Part shown: piece by piece, positions 9,940-20,436 of the stretch
How positions within the stretch are numbered: the stretch's first letter is position 1
Layout of the letters: each line of letters opens with the position of its first letter
Source of the DNA: an uncultured delta proteobacterium
GTDB taxonomy: Bacteria > Myxococcota > Myxococcia > Myxococcales > Anaeromyxobacteraceae
Assembly (NCBI GenBank): GCA_963814585.1
Contig: CAWFDF010000003.1
Location: 224,001-288,000 of the forward strand
DNA: 64,000 nt
Reading direction: 5' to 3'
The notes under the pieces: model-generated
What the model saw: only the letters and a program-made list of their open reading frames with translations
Database searches by the model: none
What the model was told of the DNA's origin: nothing
Position numbers and translations under genes: made by a program

Positions 9940-11263
9940 GTGAGCACCTGGAACGATCCGGCCAGCGGCTTCCATCCCGTGAGCGCCGCCGACTACCTGC
10001 CGCGCCCCAAGCTGGAGGAGCTCCAGCTCCAGCGCCTCCGATCCACCGTGGCCCTCGCCTACACCCGGGTCGAGCACTTCCGGCGCCGGATGGAGGAGCG
10101 GGGCCTCTCCCCCAGGGACGTCGCCACGCACGCGCGACCTGTCCCGGCTGCCCTTCACGGTCAAGGCCGACCTGCGCGACACCTACCCCTTCGGCCTCTT
10201 CGCCTGCCCCATGGAGGAGATCGTCCGGCTCCATGCCTCCTCCGGCACCACCGGCCGGCCCATCGTGGTCGCCTACACCCAGGCCGACATCGAGGTCTGG
10301 AAGGAGGTCATGGTCCGGGCCTTCGCCTCCTTCGGCGTCCACCGCGGCGACATCATCCAGAACGCCTACGGCTACGGCCTCTTCACCGGCGGGCTGGGCG
10401 TGCACTACGGCGGCGAGGCGCTCGGCGCCACCGTCATCCCCATCAGCGGCGGCAACACCGAGCGGCAGATCATGGTGATGCAGGACTTCGGCGCCACCGT
10501 CATCTGCTGCACGCCCTCCTACTTCCTCCACCTGGTCGAGCGCGCCCAGGAGGAGAAGATCGACTTCTCCCGGATGCGCGTGGGCGTCTTCGGCGCCGAG
10601 CCCTGGAGCGAGGCGATGCGGCAGCGCATCCAGAAGGACACCGGCGTCCGTGGCTACGACATCTACGGCCTCTCCGAGATCATCGGCCCGGGCGTCGGCG
10701 CCGAGTGCGTCCACCAGGCCGGCCTCCACCTCTACGAGGACCACTTCTTCCCGGAGATCATCGATCCGGCCACCGGCGCGGTCCTGCCGGACGGGAGCGA
10801 GGGCGAGCTGGTGCTCACCACCCTCTCCAAGCAGGCCATGCCGATGATCCGCTACCGGACCCGCGACGTGACCACGCTGATCGCCGAGCCGTGCGCCTGC
10901 GGCCGGACGCTCCGGCGCATCAAGCGCATCGAGCGGCGCTCCGACGACATGTTCATCATCCGCGGCGTCAACGTCTTCCCCTCCCAGGTCGAGACGGCGC
11001 TGCTCAAGGTCGAGGGAACCATGCCGCACTACGCCATCGTGCTGACCCGGGAGAAGGGGCTCGACGACATGGAGGTCCAGGTCGAGGTGACGCCAGAGGT
11101 CTTCTCGGACAAGATGCGGGCCATGGAGACGCTCCACCGGAACCTCGGGCTGGCGCTCGAGCAGGTGCTCGGCGTCCGGGCCAAGGTGACCCTGGTCGAG
11201 CCCCGGACCCTGGCGCGGAGCGAGGGCAAGGCCAAGCGGGTGATCGACAAGCGCACCATCTAG
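9940..11263 (+). CDS. paaK: Phenylacetate-CoA ligase family (frameshift near 10130)
   Basis: [59 protein letters not shown] start after GGAGG. Confidence 0.88.
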
Positions 11264-11303
11264 CGGGCCGGGGGCAGCGCCCCGGGTCCCAGGAGGAGGG
11301 CAC

Positions 11304-11729
11304 ATGGAAGTCGCGCAGGTCTCGGTATTCCTGGAGAACCGGTCGGGTGGGCTCGTCGAGGTCGTCGACGTGCTGGCCAAGAACGGCGTCGACATGAAGG
11401 CGCTCTCGCTCGCCGACATGGCCGACTTCGGCATCCTCCGGCTCATCGTCGACGACCCGGAGGAGACCCGGCGCATCCTCAAGGAGGCCGGCTTCACCGT
11501 GGACAAGACGCGGGTGGTGGCCGTCCAGGTGCCGGATCGGCCGGGCGGGCTGAGCGAGACGCTCCACGCCCTCCGCCGCAACAACATCAACGTCGAGTAC
11601 ATGTACTCGGCGGCCCGGCGCCAGGGAGAGAGCGCCATCATCATCTTCCGCTTCGACGAGATCGGGCGCGCCCTCGACGCCCTGCGTGGCGCCGGCGTCA
11701 CGGTGCTCGATCGCCTCGAGCCGCTCTAG
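11304..11729 (+). CDS. Tandem ACT-domain protein (paaK/ior-associated)
   Basis: SVFLENRSG, DFGILRLIV, VPDRPGGL, INVEYMY. Confidence 0.85.
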   Translation: MEVAQVSVFLENRSGGLVEVVDVLAKNGVDMKALSLADMADFGILRLIVDDPEETRRILKEAGFTVDKTRVVAVQVPDRPGGLSETLHALRRNNINVEYMYSAARRQGESAIIIFRFDEIGRALDALRGAGVTVLDRLEPL

Positions 11730-11753
11730 CGATCGCGGCCGACGACCTCCCCG

Positions 11754-12632
11754 GTGACCGCCCTCTTCTTCCAGTACCTGATGGCCGGTCTCACCTACGG
11801 CATGATCTACGCCGTCGTGGGGATGGGCTTCAACATCATCTACAACGCCACCGGCGTCATCAACTTCGCCCAGGGCGAGTTCGTCATGCTGGGCGGGATG
11901 ATCGCCGTCTCGCTCGTCACCTGGCTGCCGCTCCCGCTCGCCATCGTCCTGGCGGTCATGGCCACCATGGTGATCGGGGCGCTGGTGGAGCTGCTCTTCA
12001 TCCGCTGGCTCGCCAGCCCCTCGGTGCTGCGGATGATCATCATCACCGTCGGCATCTCCATCCTCATCCGCGAGGCCGCCATGCTGGTGTGGGGCCAGAA
12101 CGTCCGGGCGCTGCCCTACTTCACCGGCACCGAGGTCACCTCGCTCTCCATCGGCGGCGCCCGCGTCTCGCCCCAGGTCCTCTGGACGCTGGGCGCCTGC
12201 TCCGCCCTGGTGGCGCTCACCACCGCCTTCTTCCGCTGGAGCAGCACCGGGAAGCAGATGCGGGCCTGCGCCTCGAACCGGGTGGCCGCCTCGCTCTGCG
12301 GGCTGCCGACCCGCAACCTGATCACCGCCTCGTTCGTCCTGAGCGCCGGGATGGGCGCCCTGGCCGGCTGCGTGGTCTCGCCCATCACCTACACCCAGTA
12401 CAACATCGGCACCGGCCTCGCCATCAAGGGCTTCACCGTCGCCATCCTCGGCGGCCTGGGAAGCAGCCTGGCCGCGGTGACGGCCGGGCTGGTGCTCGGC
12501 GTCCTCGAGGCCTTCGCCGTCTCGGTGCTGCCCTCGGCCTACAAGGACGCCGTCTCCATCGCCCTCCTCCTCGCCATCCTCTTCCTCAGGCCCACCGGCC
12601 TCTTCGCCGCCCGGGTCGCCTACCGGCCGTAG
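11754..12632 (+). CDS. livH: HAAT/Liv-family ABC permease (LivH-like)
   Basis: GVINFAQGEF motif and multiple TM segments. Confidence 0.85.
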   Translation: MTALFFQYLMAGLTYGMIYAVVGMGFNIIYNATGVINFAQGEFVMLGGMIAVSLVTWLPLPLAIVLAVMATMVIGALVELLFIRWLASPSVLRMIIITVGISILIREAAMLVWGQNVRALPYFTGTEVTSLSIGGARVSPQVLWTLGACSALVALTTAFFRWSSTGKQMRACASNRVAASLCGLPTRNLITASFVLSAGMGALAGCVVSPITYTQYNIGTGLAIKGFTVAILGGLGSSLAAVTAGLVLGVLEAFAVSVLPSAYKDAVSIALLLAILFLRPTGLFAARVAYRP

Positions 12633-12639
12633 GGGAGCC

Positions 12640-13722
12640 ATGCGAGTCAACCGCTACGGCCAGGTCGGGCTCTTCGTGGCTGCCGCCGTGGGGATCCAGC
12701 TCGCCGCGGCGGCGGCGGGGAAGGGCTTCCTGCTCACCCAGCTGACCATGTCCGCCTACTACACGCTGGTGGTGGTGGGGCTCACGCTGCTCATGGGCTA
12801 CGCCGGCCAGATCTCGCTCGGCCACGCCGGCTTCTTCGCGGTGGGCGGCTACACCTCGGCGGTGCTCACCACCCTCGACCTGGCCCCGTACCGGACCCAG
12901 CCGCTGGTCGCCGTCTCGGAGCGGCTGGGGCTCCTGGTGTCCCGCCCCGACCTGTACGGGAGCGAGCTGCTGGTGGTCCAGCCGCTCGTCGCCTGCGTCC
13001 TGGCGATGGTCCTGGCGATCGCGCTGGCCGTGGTGGTCGGGATCCCGGTGCTCAAGCTCAAGGGGCACTACCTGGCGATGGCCACCCTCGGCGTCGGCAC
13101 CATCGTCTACAGCGTCGCGCTCGGGACCCAGTGGCTGGGCGCGGCCGACGGCATCTCCGCGGTCCCGCCCTTCCCGCTCCCCTTCGGCGCCAGCGTGGGT
13201 GGCCGGGCCGCGGGCCGGGTGGTCAACTACTACGTCGCCGTGTCGCTCCTGGCCGTGGCCATGCTGCTGGCGCTCAACCTGGTGCAGGCGCGGGTGGGCC
13301 GCGCGCTCCGCGCCATCCACGGCGCCGAGGACGCGGCGGGCGCCATGGGCGTCGACACCGCCAGCCTCAAGCTGAAGACCTTCGTGCTGAGCGCGGCCCT
13401 GGCCGCGCTGGCGGGCGTGTTCCTCACCCACTACAACGGCGGCATCGGGCCCTCCGAGGCCTCGGTCATGAAGTCGGTGAAGTACATGGCCATCGTCGCG
13501 GTGGGCGGCATGGGGAGCCTCTGGGGCACGCTGGGGATGAGCCTGACGCTCACCTTCCTCTCCCTCCGCGGCACCTTCGGCATCTTCGACGACGTGGTCT
13601 TCGGGCTGATCCTCGTCGGCATCATGCTCTTCGCGCCGGACGGCCTGCTGGCGCTCGAGCCGCGCCGCGCCCTGGCCGCGCTCCGGGCCCGGCTGCGCGG
13701 CGCCCGGGAGGAGCCCCGGTGA
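12640..13722 (+). CDS. livM: HAAT/Liv-family ABC permease (LivM-like)
   Basis: GYAGQISLGHAGF, LKGHYLAMATL, GRALRAI. Confidence 0.85.
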   Translation: MRVNRYGQVGLFVAAAVGIQLAAAAAGKGFLLTQLTMSAYYTLVVVGLTLLMGYAGQISLGHAGFFAVGGYTSAVLTTLDLAPYRTQPLVAVSERLGLLVSRPDLYGSELLVVQPLVACVLAMVLAIALAVVVGIPVLKLKGHYLAMATLGVGTIVYSVALGTQWLGAADGISAVPPFPLPFGASVGGRAAGRVVNYYVAVSLLAVAMLLALNLVQARVGRALRAIHGAEDAAGAMGVDTASLKLKTFVLSAALAALAGVFLTHYNGGIGPSEASVMKSVKYMAIVAVGGMGSLWGTLGMSLTLTFLSLRGTFGIFDDVVFGLILVGIMLFAPDGLLALEPRRALAALRARLRGAREEPR

Positions 13723-14486
13723 CGCCCTTCCTCGAGGTGGGCGGGGTCTCCAAGCGCTTCGGCGGCGTCCAGGCCGTCAGCAGCGTGAGCTTCCAGCTGC
13801 GCCAGGGGATGATCAAGGCGGTCATCGGCCCCAACGGCGCGGGCAAGACCACGCTCTTCAACATGGTCTCGGGCTTCTCGTCGCCCGACCGCGGCTCCAT
13901 CGCGTTCGGCGGCCGCCCCATCCACGGCCTCCTTCCGCACCAGGTCGCCGGCCACGGGATCTCCCGGACCTTCCAGAACATCAGGCTCTTCGAGCACCTG
14001 TCGGCGCTGGAGAACGTCATGGTGGGCCGCCACCGGCGCGCCCGGGCCGGCTTCCTGGCCGGCATGCTCGACCTGGGCTGGGCCCGGCGCGAGGCGGACG
14101 CGGTGCGGGGCCACGCCCTGGAGACGATGGCCTTCCTCGGAATCGAGGCGCTCGCCGATGCCGAGGCGACCAGCCTCGCCTACGGGCAGCAGCGCGCCGT
14201 GGAGCTGGCCCGGGCCCTCGCCTCCGACCCGCTGCTGGTGCTCCTCGACGAGCCCGCCGCCGGCCTCAACATGCGGGAGACCCGGGACCTGGCGGGGCTC
14301 ATCACCCGCATCCGCGACCGGGGCATCACCGTCCTGCTGGTCGAGCACGACATGTCGCTGGTCATGGAGATCTGCGACGAGGTGCTGGTCCTGAGCTACG
14401 GTGAGAAGATCGCGGAGGCCGATCCCGCCACCGTGCAGCGCGACCAGAAGGTGGTGAAGGTCTACCTGGGTGAAGAGGAATGCTGA
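13719..14486 (+). CDS. livG: Liv-family ABC ATPase (LivG-like)
   Basis: GPNGAGKTT, RTFQNIRLF, LLDEPAAGL, LVEHDM; GTG start overlaps the livM stop. Confidence 0.88.
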   Translation: MTPFLEVGGVSKRFGGVQAVSSVSFQLRQGMIKAVIGPNGAGKTTLFNMVSGFSSPDRGSIAFGGRPIHGLLPHQVAGHGISRTFQNIRLFEHLSALENVMVGRHRRARAGFLAGMLDLGWARREADAVRGHALETMAFLGIEALADAEATSLAYGQQRAVELARALASDPLLVLLDEPAAGLNMRETRDLAGLITRIRDRGITVLLVEHDMSLVMEICDEVLVLSYGEKIAEADPATVQRDQKVVKVYLGEEEC

Positions 14487-15226
14487 CCATCCGCACACTC
14501 GACGTGGCGTACGGCGCGGTCACCGTGCTCCGCGGCGTCTCCCTGCACGTCCGGGAGGGGGAGGTGGTGGCGATCGTCGGCGCCAACGGGGCCGGCAAGA
14601 CCACGCTCCTCAAGGCCGTGACCGGCCTGGTCCGTCCCCAGCGCGGCGACATCCGCCTCCGCGGCCAGTCGATCCTGGAGGCCGGCACCGGCCGCATCGT
14701 CGCCAGCGGGTGCTCCCTGGTGCCGGAGGGGCGCCAGATCTTCGGCGACCTGTCGGTCCGGGACAACCTGCTGCTCGGCGCCTACGTCCAGTTCCGGCGC
14801 GGCAAGGCCGGCGAGGTCGACGCCGACCTGGCGCGGGTGATGGGGATGTTCCCCATCCTCGAGACGCGGGCCGACCAGCTGGGCGGGACCCTCTCCGGTG
14901 GCGAGCAGCAGATGCTGGCCATCGGGCGGGCCCTCATGGCCCGGCCCACCCTGCTCATGCTCGACGAGCCGTCGATGGGGCTCGCGCCCCTGGTGGTGAA
15001 GGAGATCTTCGAGGTCATCTCCCGGATCAGCCGGGCCGGGTGCACCGTGCTCCTGGTCGAGCAGAACGCCCGGGGCGCCCTCAAGATCGCCAACCGCGGC
15101 TACGTGCTGGAGACCGGTCGCATCGTCCTGGAAGGATCGGCCGAGGACCTGCTCGCCAGCCGGGAGATGCAGCGCGCCTACCTGGGCCGGGACGTCCACT
15201 CGGAGTCAGAGAGGATCACCACATGA
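14480..15226 (+). CDS. livF: Liv-family ABC ATPase (LivF-like)
   Basis: GANGAGKTT, LSGGEQQM, LDEPSMGLAP, LVEQNA. Confidence 0.88.
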   Translation: MLTIRTLDVAYGAVTVLRGVSLHVREGEVVAIVGANGAGKTTLLKAVTGLVRPQRGDIRLRGQSILEAGTGRIVASGCSLVPEGRQIFGDLSVRDNLLLGAYVQFRRGKAGEVDADLARVMGMFPILETRADQLGGTLSGGEQQMLAIGRALMARPTLLMLDEPSMGLAPLVVKEIFEVISRISRAGCTVLLVEQNARGALKIANRGYVLETGRIVLEGSAEDLLASREMQRAYLGRDVHSESERITT

Positions 15227-16542
15227 CCGCCACCTTGACGCCGGCCGGCTTCTGGCAGCCGGACGAAGAGTGCATGCACCGCGAGGACCTCGGGCAGCTC
15301 CAGCTGGAGCGGCTCCAGGCGACGCTGAGCCGGGTGGCGCGCAGCGTCCCGTTCTACCGGTCGGCCTTCGACGCCATCCGCTTCGACCCGGACGACCTCC
15401 GGTCCCTCGACGACCTGCGGCGCCTCCCCTTCACCACCAAGGCCGACCTGGCCGAGGCCTACCCGTACGGCTTCCTGGCGGTGCCGCTGCGGGAGGTGGT
15501 CCGCCTCCACGGCACCGGCGGCTCGGGGAGCTCCGGCATCGTCATGGGGTACACCCGCAACGACATCAAGACCTGGGCCAACCTCAGCGCCCGGAACCTG
15601 GTGGCCGAGGGGGTGACCAAGGACGACGTCCTGCAGATCACCTTCGACTACGGCCTCTTCACCGGCGCCTTCGGCGTCCACTTCGGGGCCGAGCGGCTCG
15701 GCGCCTCGGTGATCCCCATCTCGAGCGGCAACACCAAGCGCCAGATCAAGATCATGGTGGACTACAAGACCACCGCCCTGGTCTCGACGCCCAGCTACGC
15801 GCTCCACCTCATCGAGGCGATGCGGGCCGCCAACCTCAGCACCAACGCGCTGTCGCTGCGGCGGGTCCTGGTGGGGGGCGAGCCCTTCCAGGAGGAGACG
15901 CGGCGGCAGATCGAGGAGGCCCTCCACGTCACCGTCACCGACAACTACGCGGTGAGCGAGCTGCTCGGGCCGGGCGTCGCCTCCGAGTGCCTCGAGCGCA
16001 ACGGCCTCCACCTCAACGAGGACCACTTCATCCCCGAGATCGTCGAGCCCGGGACCTTGAAGCCCGTGCCGCCGGGCGCCCAGGGGGAGCTGGTGCTCAC
16101 CTCGCTCACCAAGGAGGCCTTCCCGCTCATCCGCTTTCGCACCCGGGATCTCACCAGCCTGGACACGGCGCCGTGCCCGTGCGGACGGACCTCGGCGCGG
16201 ATCACGCGGATGGAGGCCCGCACCGACGACATGCTCATCATCAAGGGCGTGAACGTCTTCCCCTCCCAGGTCGAGGCGGTGCTCCGCGCCGTGGACCAGT
16301 CCGCGCCCCGTTACCAGCTGGTCATCGAGCGGAGGGAGGCCCTCGACGTGGCCACCGTGCTGGTCGAGGTGTCGCAGTCGGTGTTCTTCGACGAGATGCG
16401 GAGGCAGGCCGGCTACCGCGACCTCCTCCGGCACCGCCTGGCGTCGGACCTCGGCGTCAGCTTCGACGTGAAGCTGGTGGAGAAGAGCACCATGGACGGC
16501 GTCGCCGCCAAGGGGAAGGTCGTCGACCTGCGGAGGCGGTGA
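15223..16542 (+). CDS. Second phenylacetate-CoA ligase-family protein with a degenerate P-loop
   Basis: [35 protein letters not shown]; the P-loop reads HGTGGSGS rather than HASSGTTG. Confidence 0.82.
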   Translation: MTATLTPAGFWQPDEECMHREDLGQLQLERLQATLSRVARSVPFYRSAFDAIRFDPDDLRSLDDLRRLPFTTKADLAEAYPYGFLAVPLREVVRLHGTGGSGSSGIVMGYTRNDIKTWANLSARNLVAEGVTKDDVLQITFDYGLFTGAFGVHFGAERLGASVIPISSGNTKRQIKIMVDYKTTALVSTPSYALHLIEAMRAANLSTNALSLRRVLVGGEPFQEETRRQIEEALHVTVTDNYAVSELLGPGVASECLERNGLHLNEDHFIPEIVEPGTLKPVPPGAQGELVLTSLTKEAFPLIRFRTRDLTSLDTAPCPCGRTSARITRMEARTDDMLIIKGVNVFPSQVEAVLRAVDQSAPRYQLVIERREALDVATVLVEVSQSVFFDEMRRQAGYRDLLRHRLASDLGVSFDVKLVEKSTMDGVAAKGKVVDLRRR

Positions 16543-16548
16543 CCGGGT

Positions 16549-17259
16549 CTAGACATACTGCCCGGCGTCGACGCGGATCACCTCGCCGGTGACCATCCGG
16601 GCGGCGTCGGACAGCAGGAAGAGCACCGCCGCGGCCACGTCCTCCACCTCCGGGAGGCGCTTCAGCAGGGTCTCGTCGAGGGCCCGCTGCCGGTGCTCCT
16701 CGGCCAGGGCCAGGGTCATCTCGGTGAGGACCATCCCGGGGGCGACGGCGTTCACCGTGATCCCCCTGGGGCCCAGCTCGCGGGCGGCCGTCTTGGTGAG
16801 CCCGACCAGCCCGGCCTTCGAGGCGCTGTAGTTCGCCTGGCCGAACTTGCCCCGCAGCCCGTTGATGGAGACGACGTTGACGACCCGGCCGTACCCCGCC
16901 GCCACCATGCCCGGGGCCACCGCCCGCAGGACGTGGAAGGCGCCGGTGAGGTTCACGCCGATCACCGAGTCCCACTCCTCGTCGCTCATCTTGAGGAGGC
17001 TGCGATCCCGGGTGATCCCGGCGTTGTTGACGAGGAGGAGCGGCGGGCGCGGCAGCGCCCCGACCGCCGCCGTCACCGCCCCGCCGTCGGTGATGTCCAC
17101 GGCGTGGAAGTGGATCCCGTCGCCGCCGGCCCCGGGCTCCCGGTCGAGGACGTGGACCTCGGCGCCGAGCCCGGCCAGCCGCCCGGCGATGCCGCGGCCG
17201 ATGCCGCGGGCGCCGCCGGTGACCAGGGCGCAGCGGCCGTCGAACCGACCCGTGGCCAT
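16549..17259 (-). CDS. SDR oxidoreductase (3-oxoacyl-CoA/acetoacetyl-CoA reductase-like)
   Basis: TGGARGIG, NNAGITRD, GQANYSASK. Confidence 0.88.
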   Translation of the reverse strand: MATGRFDGRCALVTGGARGIGRGIAGRLAGLGAEVHVLDREPGAGGDGIHFHAVDITDGGAVTAAVGALPRPPLLLVNNAGITRDRSLLKMSDEEWDSVIGVNLTGAFHVLRAVAPGMVAAGYGRVVNVVSINGLRGKFGQANYSASKAGLVGLTKTAARELGPRGITVNAVAPGMVLTEMTLALAEEHRQRALDETLLKRLPEVEDVAAAVLFLLSDAARMVTGEVIRVDAGQYV

Positions 17260-17273
17260 GGGCGCCGGCCCGG

Positions 17274-18212
17274 TCACGTGACCGGCCTCGGGACGGCGGG
17301 CCCCGCGATGGGCCGGGTGAAGGCGATCCGCTGCGAGTGGGTGAAGCCGGTCCGCGACAGGAAGGCGAGGAGCGGGATCTCCCGCCAGTCCGCCTCGGTG
17401 ACCACCTGCTCGGCCCGCAGCCCCTCCAGGTTGAGGAGGAGCTGCTCGAGCAGGGCCCGGCCGACGCCCTCGCCGCGGTCGTCCGGATCCACCGCGATGG
17501 TGTCGAGGACGGCGGTCGGCTCGGTGCGGCCGAACTCGCCGAACTCGACCCGCGCCATGAGGAACCCGGTCAGCCGGGTGCCCTGCTCCGCCACCAGCCC
17601 CATGCGGATGGCGGAGCCGCGCAGCGCCTCGGCCACCATGCGGGCGTAGTAGGCGGAGCGATCGCGGCGGGTGACCTTGCGGTCGAGCCGGATGATGGCC
17701 CTCAGGTCCCTCTCGGTCATCGATCGGACCGGGAGCTCCACGCCCGCGGTCTCCTCGTCGGGGAGCCGGTCGAGGGAGCGCTCCAGGACCAGCCGCGGCG
17801 CCAGGCGGAAGCCGGCGCGGGCGAAGAAGGTGGCCAGCCCGTGGTCCGTCCACTCCACCTGGGTCCTCAGCTCGCGGGCACCGCGAGTCGAGAGCTCCCC
17901 CTCCAGGGCCGCCAGCACCTCGGTGGCCACCCCCTGGTGGAGCGCCCGGGTGTCGACCCCGACGGCGTCGAGGACGCCCACCGGCGCCTGCCCGCCGAAC
18001 TCGCCGTCGAGGACGCGGGCGAAGGCGAACCCCGCCGGCCGGCCGCCTCGCTCCGCCACCACCGCCACGCCGCCACCCGGCTCCTCCGCCAGCCCCCGGA
18101 TCCGTCTGGCGTAGAACTCGCTCCGGGCGCGCCCGGACCGCTCCCGGTCGATGGCCACCACCGCGTCGAGGTCGGCGGCGACGAGGGGACGCGTCGTCGG
18201 GCGATCGGTCAT
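17274..18212 (-). CDS. Tandem (two-domain) GNAT acetyltransferase
   Basis: Two similar halves (DLDAVVAID...GEFG...LHQGVA; DLRAIIRLD...GEFG...RGEGVG), each resembling the single GNAT at 31186-31671. Confidence 0.8.
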   Translation of the reverse strand: MTDRPTTRPLVAADLDAVVAIDRERSGRARSEFYARRIRGLAEEPGGGVAVVAERGGRPAGFAFARVLDGEFGGQAPVGVLDAVGVDTRALHQGVATEVLAALEGELSTRGARELRTQVEWTDHGLATFFARAGFRLAPRLVLERSLDRLPDEETAGVELPVRSMTERDLRAIIRLDRKVTRRDRSAYYARMVAEALRGSAIRMGLVAEQGTRLTGFLMARVEFGEFGRTEPTAVLDTIAVDPDDRGEGVGRALLEQLLLNLEGLRAEQVVTEADWREIPLLAFLSRTGFTHSQRIAFTRPIAGPAVPRPVT

Positions 18213-18224
18213 TCGGTGGCCTCC

Positions 18225-19067
18225 CTAGGTGGCCAGCGCGCCGGCCGGGCGCGCCGAGAGCTTGTGGTGACGGAAGGCGCCCCACAGCGCGGCGCCGATG
18301 GCCCCGGCGTAGATGGCGTCGGGGTGGCTCCTCACCTGGACCGGGAGCTGGGCCTCGGCGCCCGCCTCCTGGATGGCGGCCACCAGCCCGCCGTCGAGCC
18401 CCAGGCCGCCGGTGACCAGGACCGTCCCCTCCAGCGCGCCGATCCCCCGGACCAGCGCGGCCAGGCGCTGGGCCATGGAGACGTGGATCCCCTTGAGGAT
18501 GTTGGCCGCCGAGATGCCGCGCGAGACCATGTTGATGACGTCGGTCTCGGCCAGCACCGCGCAGATCGAGGAGACCTTCTCCGGCGCCGTCCCCTGCAGC
18601 GAGAGGGTGCCGATCTCGTCCTGGGCGATCCCGAGGTAGCGGGCGATGTTCTCCAGGAACTGCCCGGAGCCCGAGGCGCACTGGCTGGTCATCTTGTAGG
18701 AGAGCACCTTGCCGCGGGCGTCGGTGCGGATGGCCCGCCCGTGGAGCGCCCCGACGTCGAGGACCAGGCGGGTCGAGGGGTCGAGGTGGATGGCCCCGCG
18801 AGCGTGGGTGGTCATCGAGTAGAAGTGGCCGGTCGCGAAGGAGATGCTCTCGCCATCGCCGGTGGTGGCGACGTAGGCGAGGTCGGCGCGGCGGAGGCCG
18901 GCCTCGGCCAGGACCGCGTCGAAGGCCTCCCCGGCCAGTGCGTAGGGATCGCGCTGCCGGATCCGATCGACGCGCCGTCCCACCCAGCGCGACGTCCCGC
19001 CGCTGGTCTCGAAGAGCGCCACCTTGACGCACCCGGTGCCGACGTCGATGCCCGCGGTGATGGTCAT
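18225..19067 (-). CDS. bcrD: Benzoyl-CoA reductase subunit D (ATPase)
   Basis: AGIDVGTGCVK, GHFYSMTTHARG, MTSQCASGSGQFLEN, SSICAVLAETD. An alternative start at 19088 is possible. Confidence 0.92.
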   Translation of the reverse strand: MTITAGIDVGTGCVKVALFETSGGTSRWVGRRVDRIRQRDPYALAGEAFDAVLAEAGLRRADLAYVATTGDGESISFATGHFYSMTTHARGAIHLDPSTRLVLDVGALHGRAIRTDARGKVLSYKMTSQCASGSGQFLENIARYLGIAQDEIGTLSLQGTAPEKVSSICAVLAETDVINMVSRGISAANILKGIHVSMAQRLAALVRGIGALEGTVLVTGGLGLDGGLVAAIQEAGAEAQLPVQVRSHPDAIYAGAIGAALWGAFRHHKLSARPAGALAT

Positions 19068-19084
19068 CTGCGCTCCCTGGCCGC

Positions 19085-20416
19085 TCATGCCGTGGCGCCG
19101 CGCCGGGCGAAGGCCGCCGCCCCGAGCGCGCCGGTGTAGATCGAGTCGGGGTTGATGTTGATGGTGACGTCGCCGTAGTTCTCCTTCACCAGGTTGCGGA
19201 GCTCCCGCACCGCCGCCTCGTTCTTGGCGACGCCGCCGGTGAAGGTGAACTGGTCGCGGATCCCGCCGGAGCGGGAGATGATCGACATGGCCCTGAGGAT
19301 GATGGCGCGGTGGAGGCCGGCCAGGATGTCCTCGCGCTTGTCGCCCAGCGCCAGCCGGTCGCGGAGCTCGGCGCCGGCGAAGACCGTGCAGGTCGAGTTG
19401 ATGCGCAGCGTCTTGGTGGCCTGGAGCGCCATGGGGCCGAGCTCGTGGAGCCCCATCTGCATCTCGTCGGCCACGTACCCCAGGTAGCGCCCGGTGCCGG
19501 CCGCGCAGCGGTCGTTCATCTGGAAGTTCTCGACGATGCCGTTCTCGTCGACCTGGATGGCCTTGGTGTCCTGGCCGCCGATGTCGAGGACGGTGCGCGT
19601 CCCCTCGTGCATCAGGTGGGCGCCGAGCCCGTGGCAGAGGATCTCGGAGCGGATGTGCTCCTTGGGGAACGGGAGGCGGACCCGCCCGTACCCGGTCCCC
19701 ACCACGTAGGCCTCCTCGAGCGGGATCTCCAGCGCCGCCCGCACCGGCCGGATCACCTCGTCGGCGCCGAGCGGTGGCCCGGCCGCCTCCCCGCCGGCGG
19801 TGCGCGTGGCGAGGACGCTGTCGAGCGCCTCGAGGAACTTCCCCTCCATCCCGTCCTCGCCCTTGCGGTTCTCCACCTCGATGATCGACTTGTCGTAGAC
19901 GTTGAGCAGCAGGTCGAACGAGAGGCCCGACGCCTTGCAGACCGGATCGGCGGCCGTCATGAACCCCGACCCGGCCAGGTCCCGGAAGAAGTCGGAGCGG
20001 CGGCGGGCCCCGGGCGCGAACAGCGCCGTCGACTCCTCGCGAAGCCTTCGGAACACCTCCCCGAGCGCCTCGGCCAGCGCGCGCTCCTGCCCGGCGAAGC
20101 GCAGGCCCCCGCTGTGGCGCAGGCAGGTCTCCTCCAGGTCGCGGAGCTGGGACCGGAACTGCACCAGCCTGAAGTGGCGCTCGAGGTCGACGAGGAGCCC
20201 GTCGACCCGGCCGGCCAGGGCCGGGGCGGCGGAGAGGGCGCGACGGAAGAGCGTGAAGCGGGCGGCGACGAAGGCCTCCTGCTTGGAGACCGCCGCGGCG
20301 GTGTCGTAGTTGGAGCGGGAGTTGGTGATGCCCCGCCCCAGCACCCTGGCGTCCTCGTCGACGACCACCGACTTGGTGGTCGTCGAGCCGAGATCGATGC
20401 CGATGTAGCACTTCAT
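19085..20416 (-). CDS. bcrA: Benzoyl-CoA reductase subunit A (ATPase)
   Basis: [55 protein letters not shown]. Confidence 0.93.
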   Translation of the reverse strand: MKCYIGIDLGSTTTKSVVVDEDARVLGRGITNSRSNYDTAAAVSKQEAFVAARFTLFRRALSAAPALAGRVDGLLVDLERHFRLVQFRSQLRDLEETCLRHSGGLRFAGQERALAEALGEVFRRLREESTALFAPGARRRSDFFRDLAGSGFMTAADPVCKASGLSFDLLLNVYDKSIIEVENRKGEDGMEGKFLEALDSVLATRTAGGEAAGPPLGADEVIRPVRAALEIPLEEAYVVGTGYGRVRLPFPKEHIRSEILCHGLGAHLMHEGTRTVLDIGGQDTKAIQVDENGIVENFQMNDRCAAGTGRYLGYVADEMQMGLHELGPMALQATKTLRINSTCTVFAGAELRDRLALGDKREDILAGLHRAIILRAMSIISRSGGIRDQFTFTGGVAKNEAAVRELRNLVKENYGDVTININPDSIYTGALGAAAFARRGATA

Positions 20417-20436
20417 GGAGGGCCTCCACCCATCGG

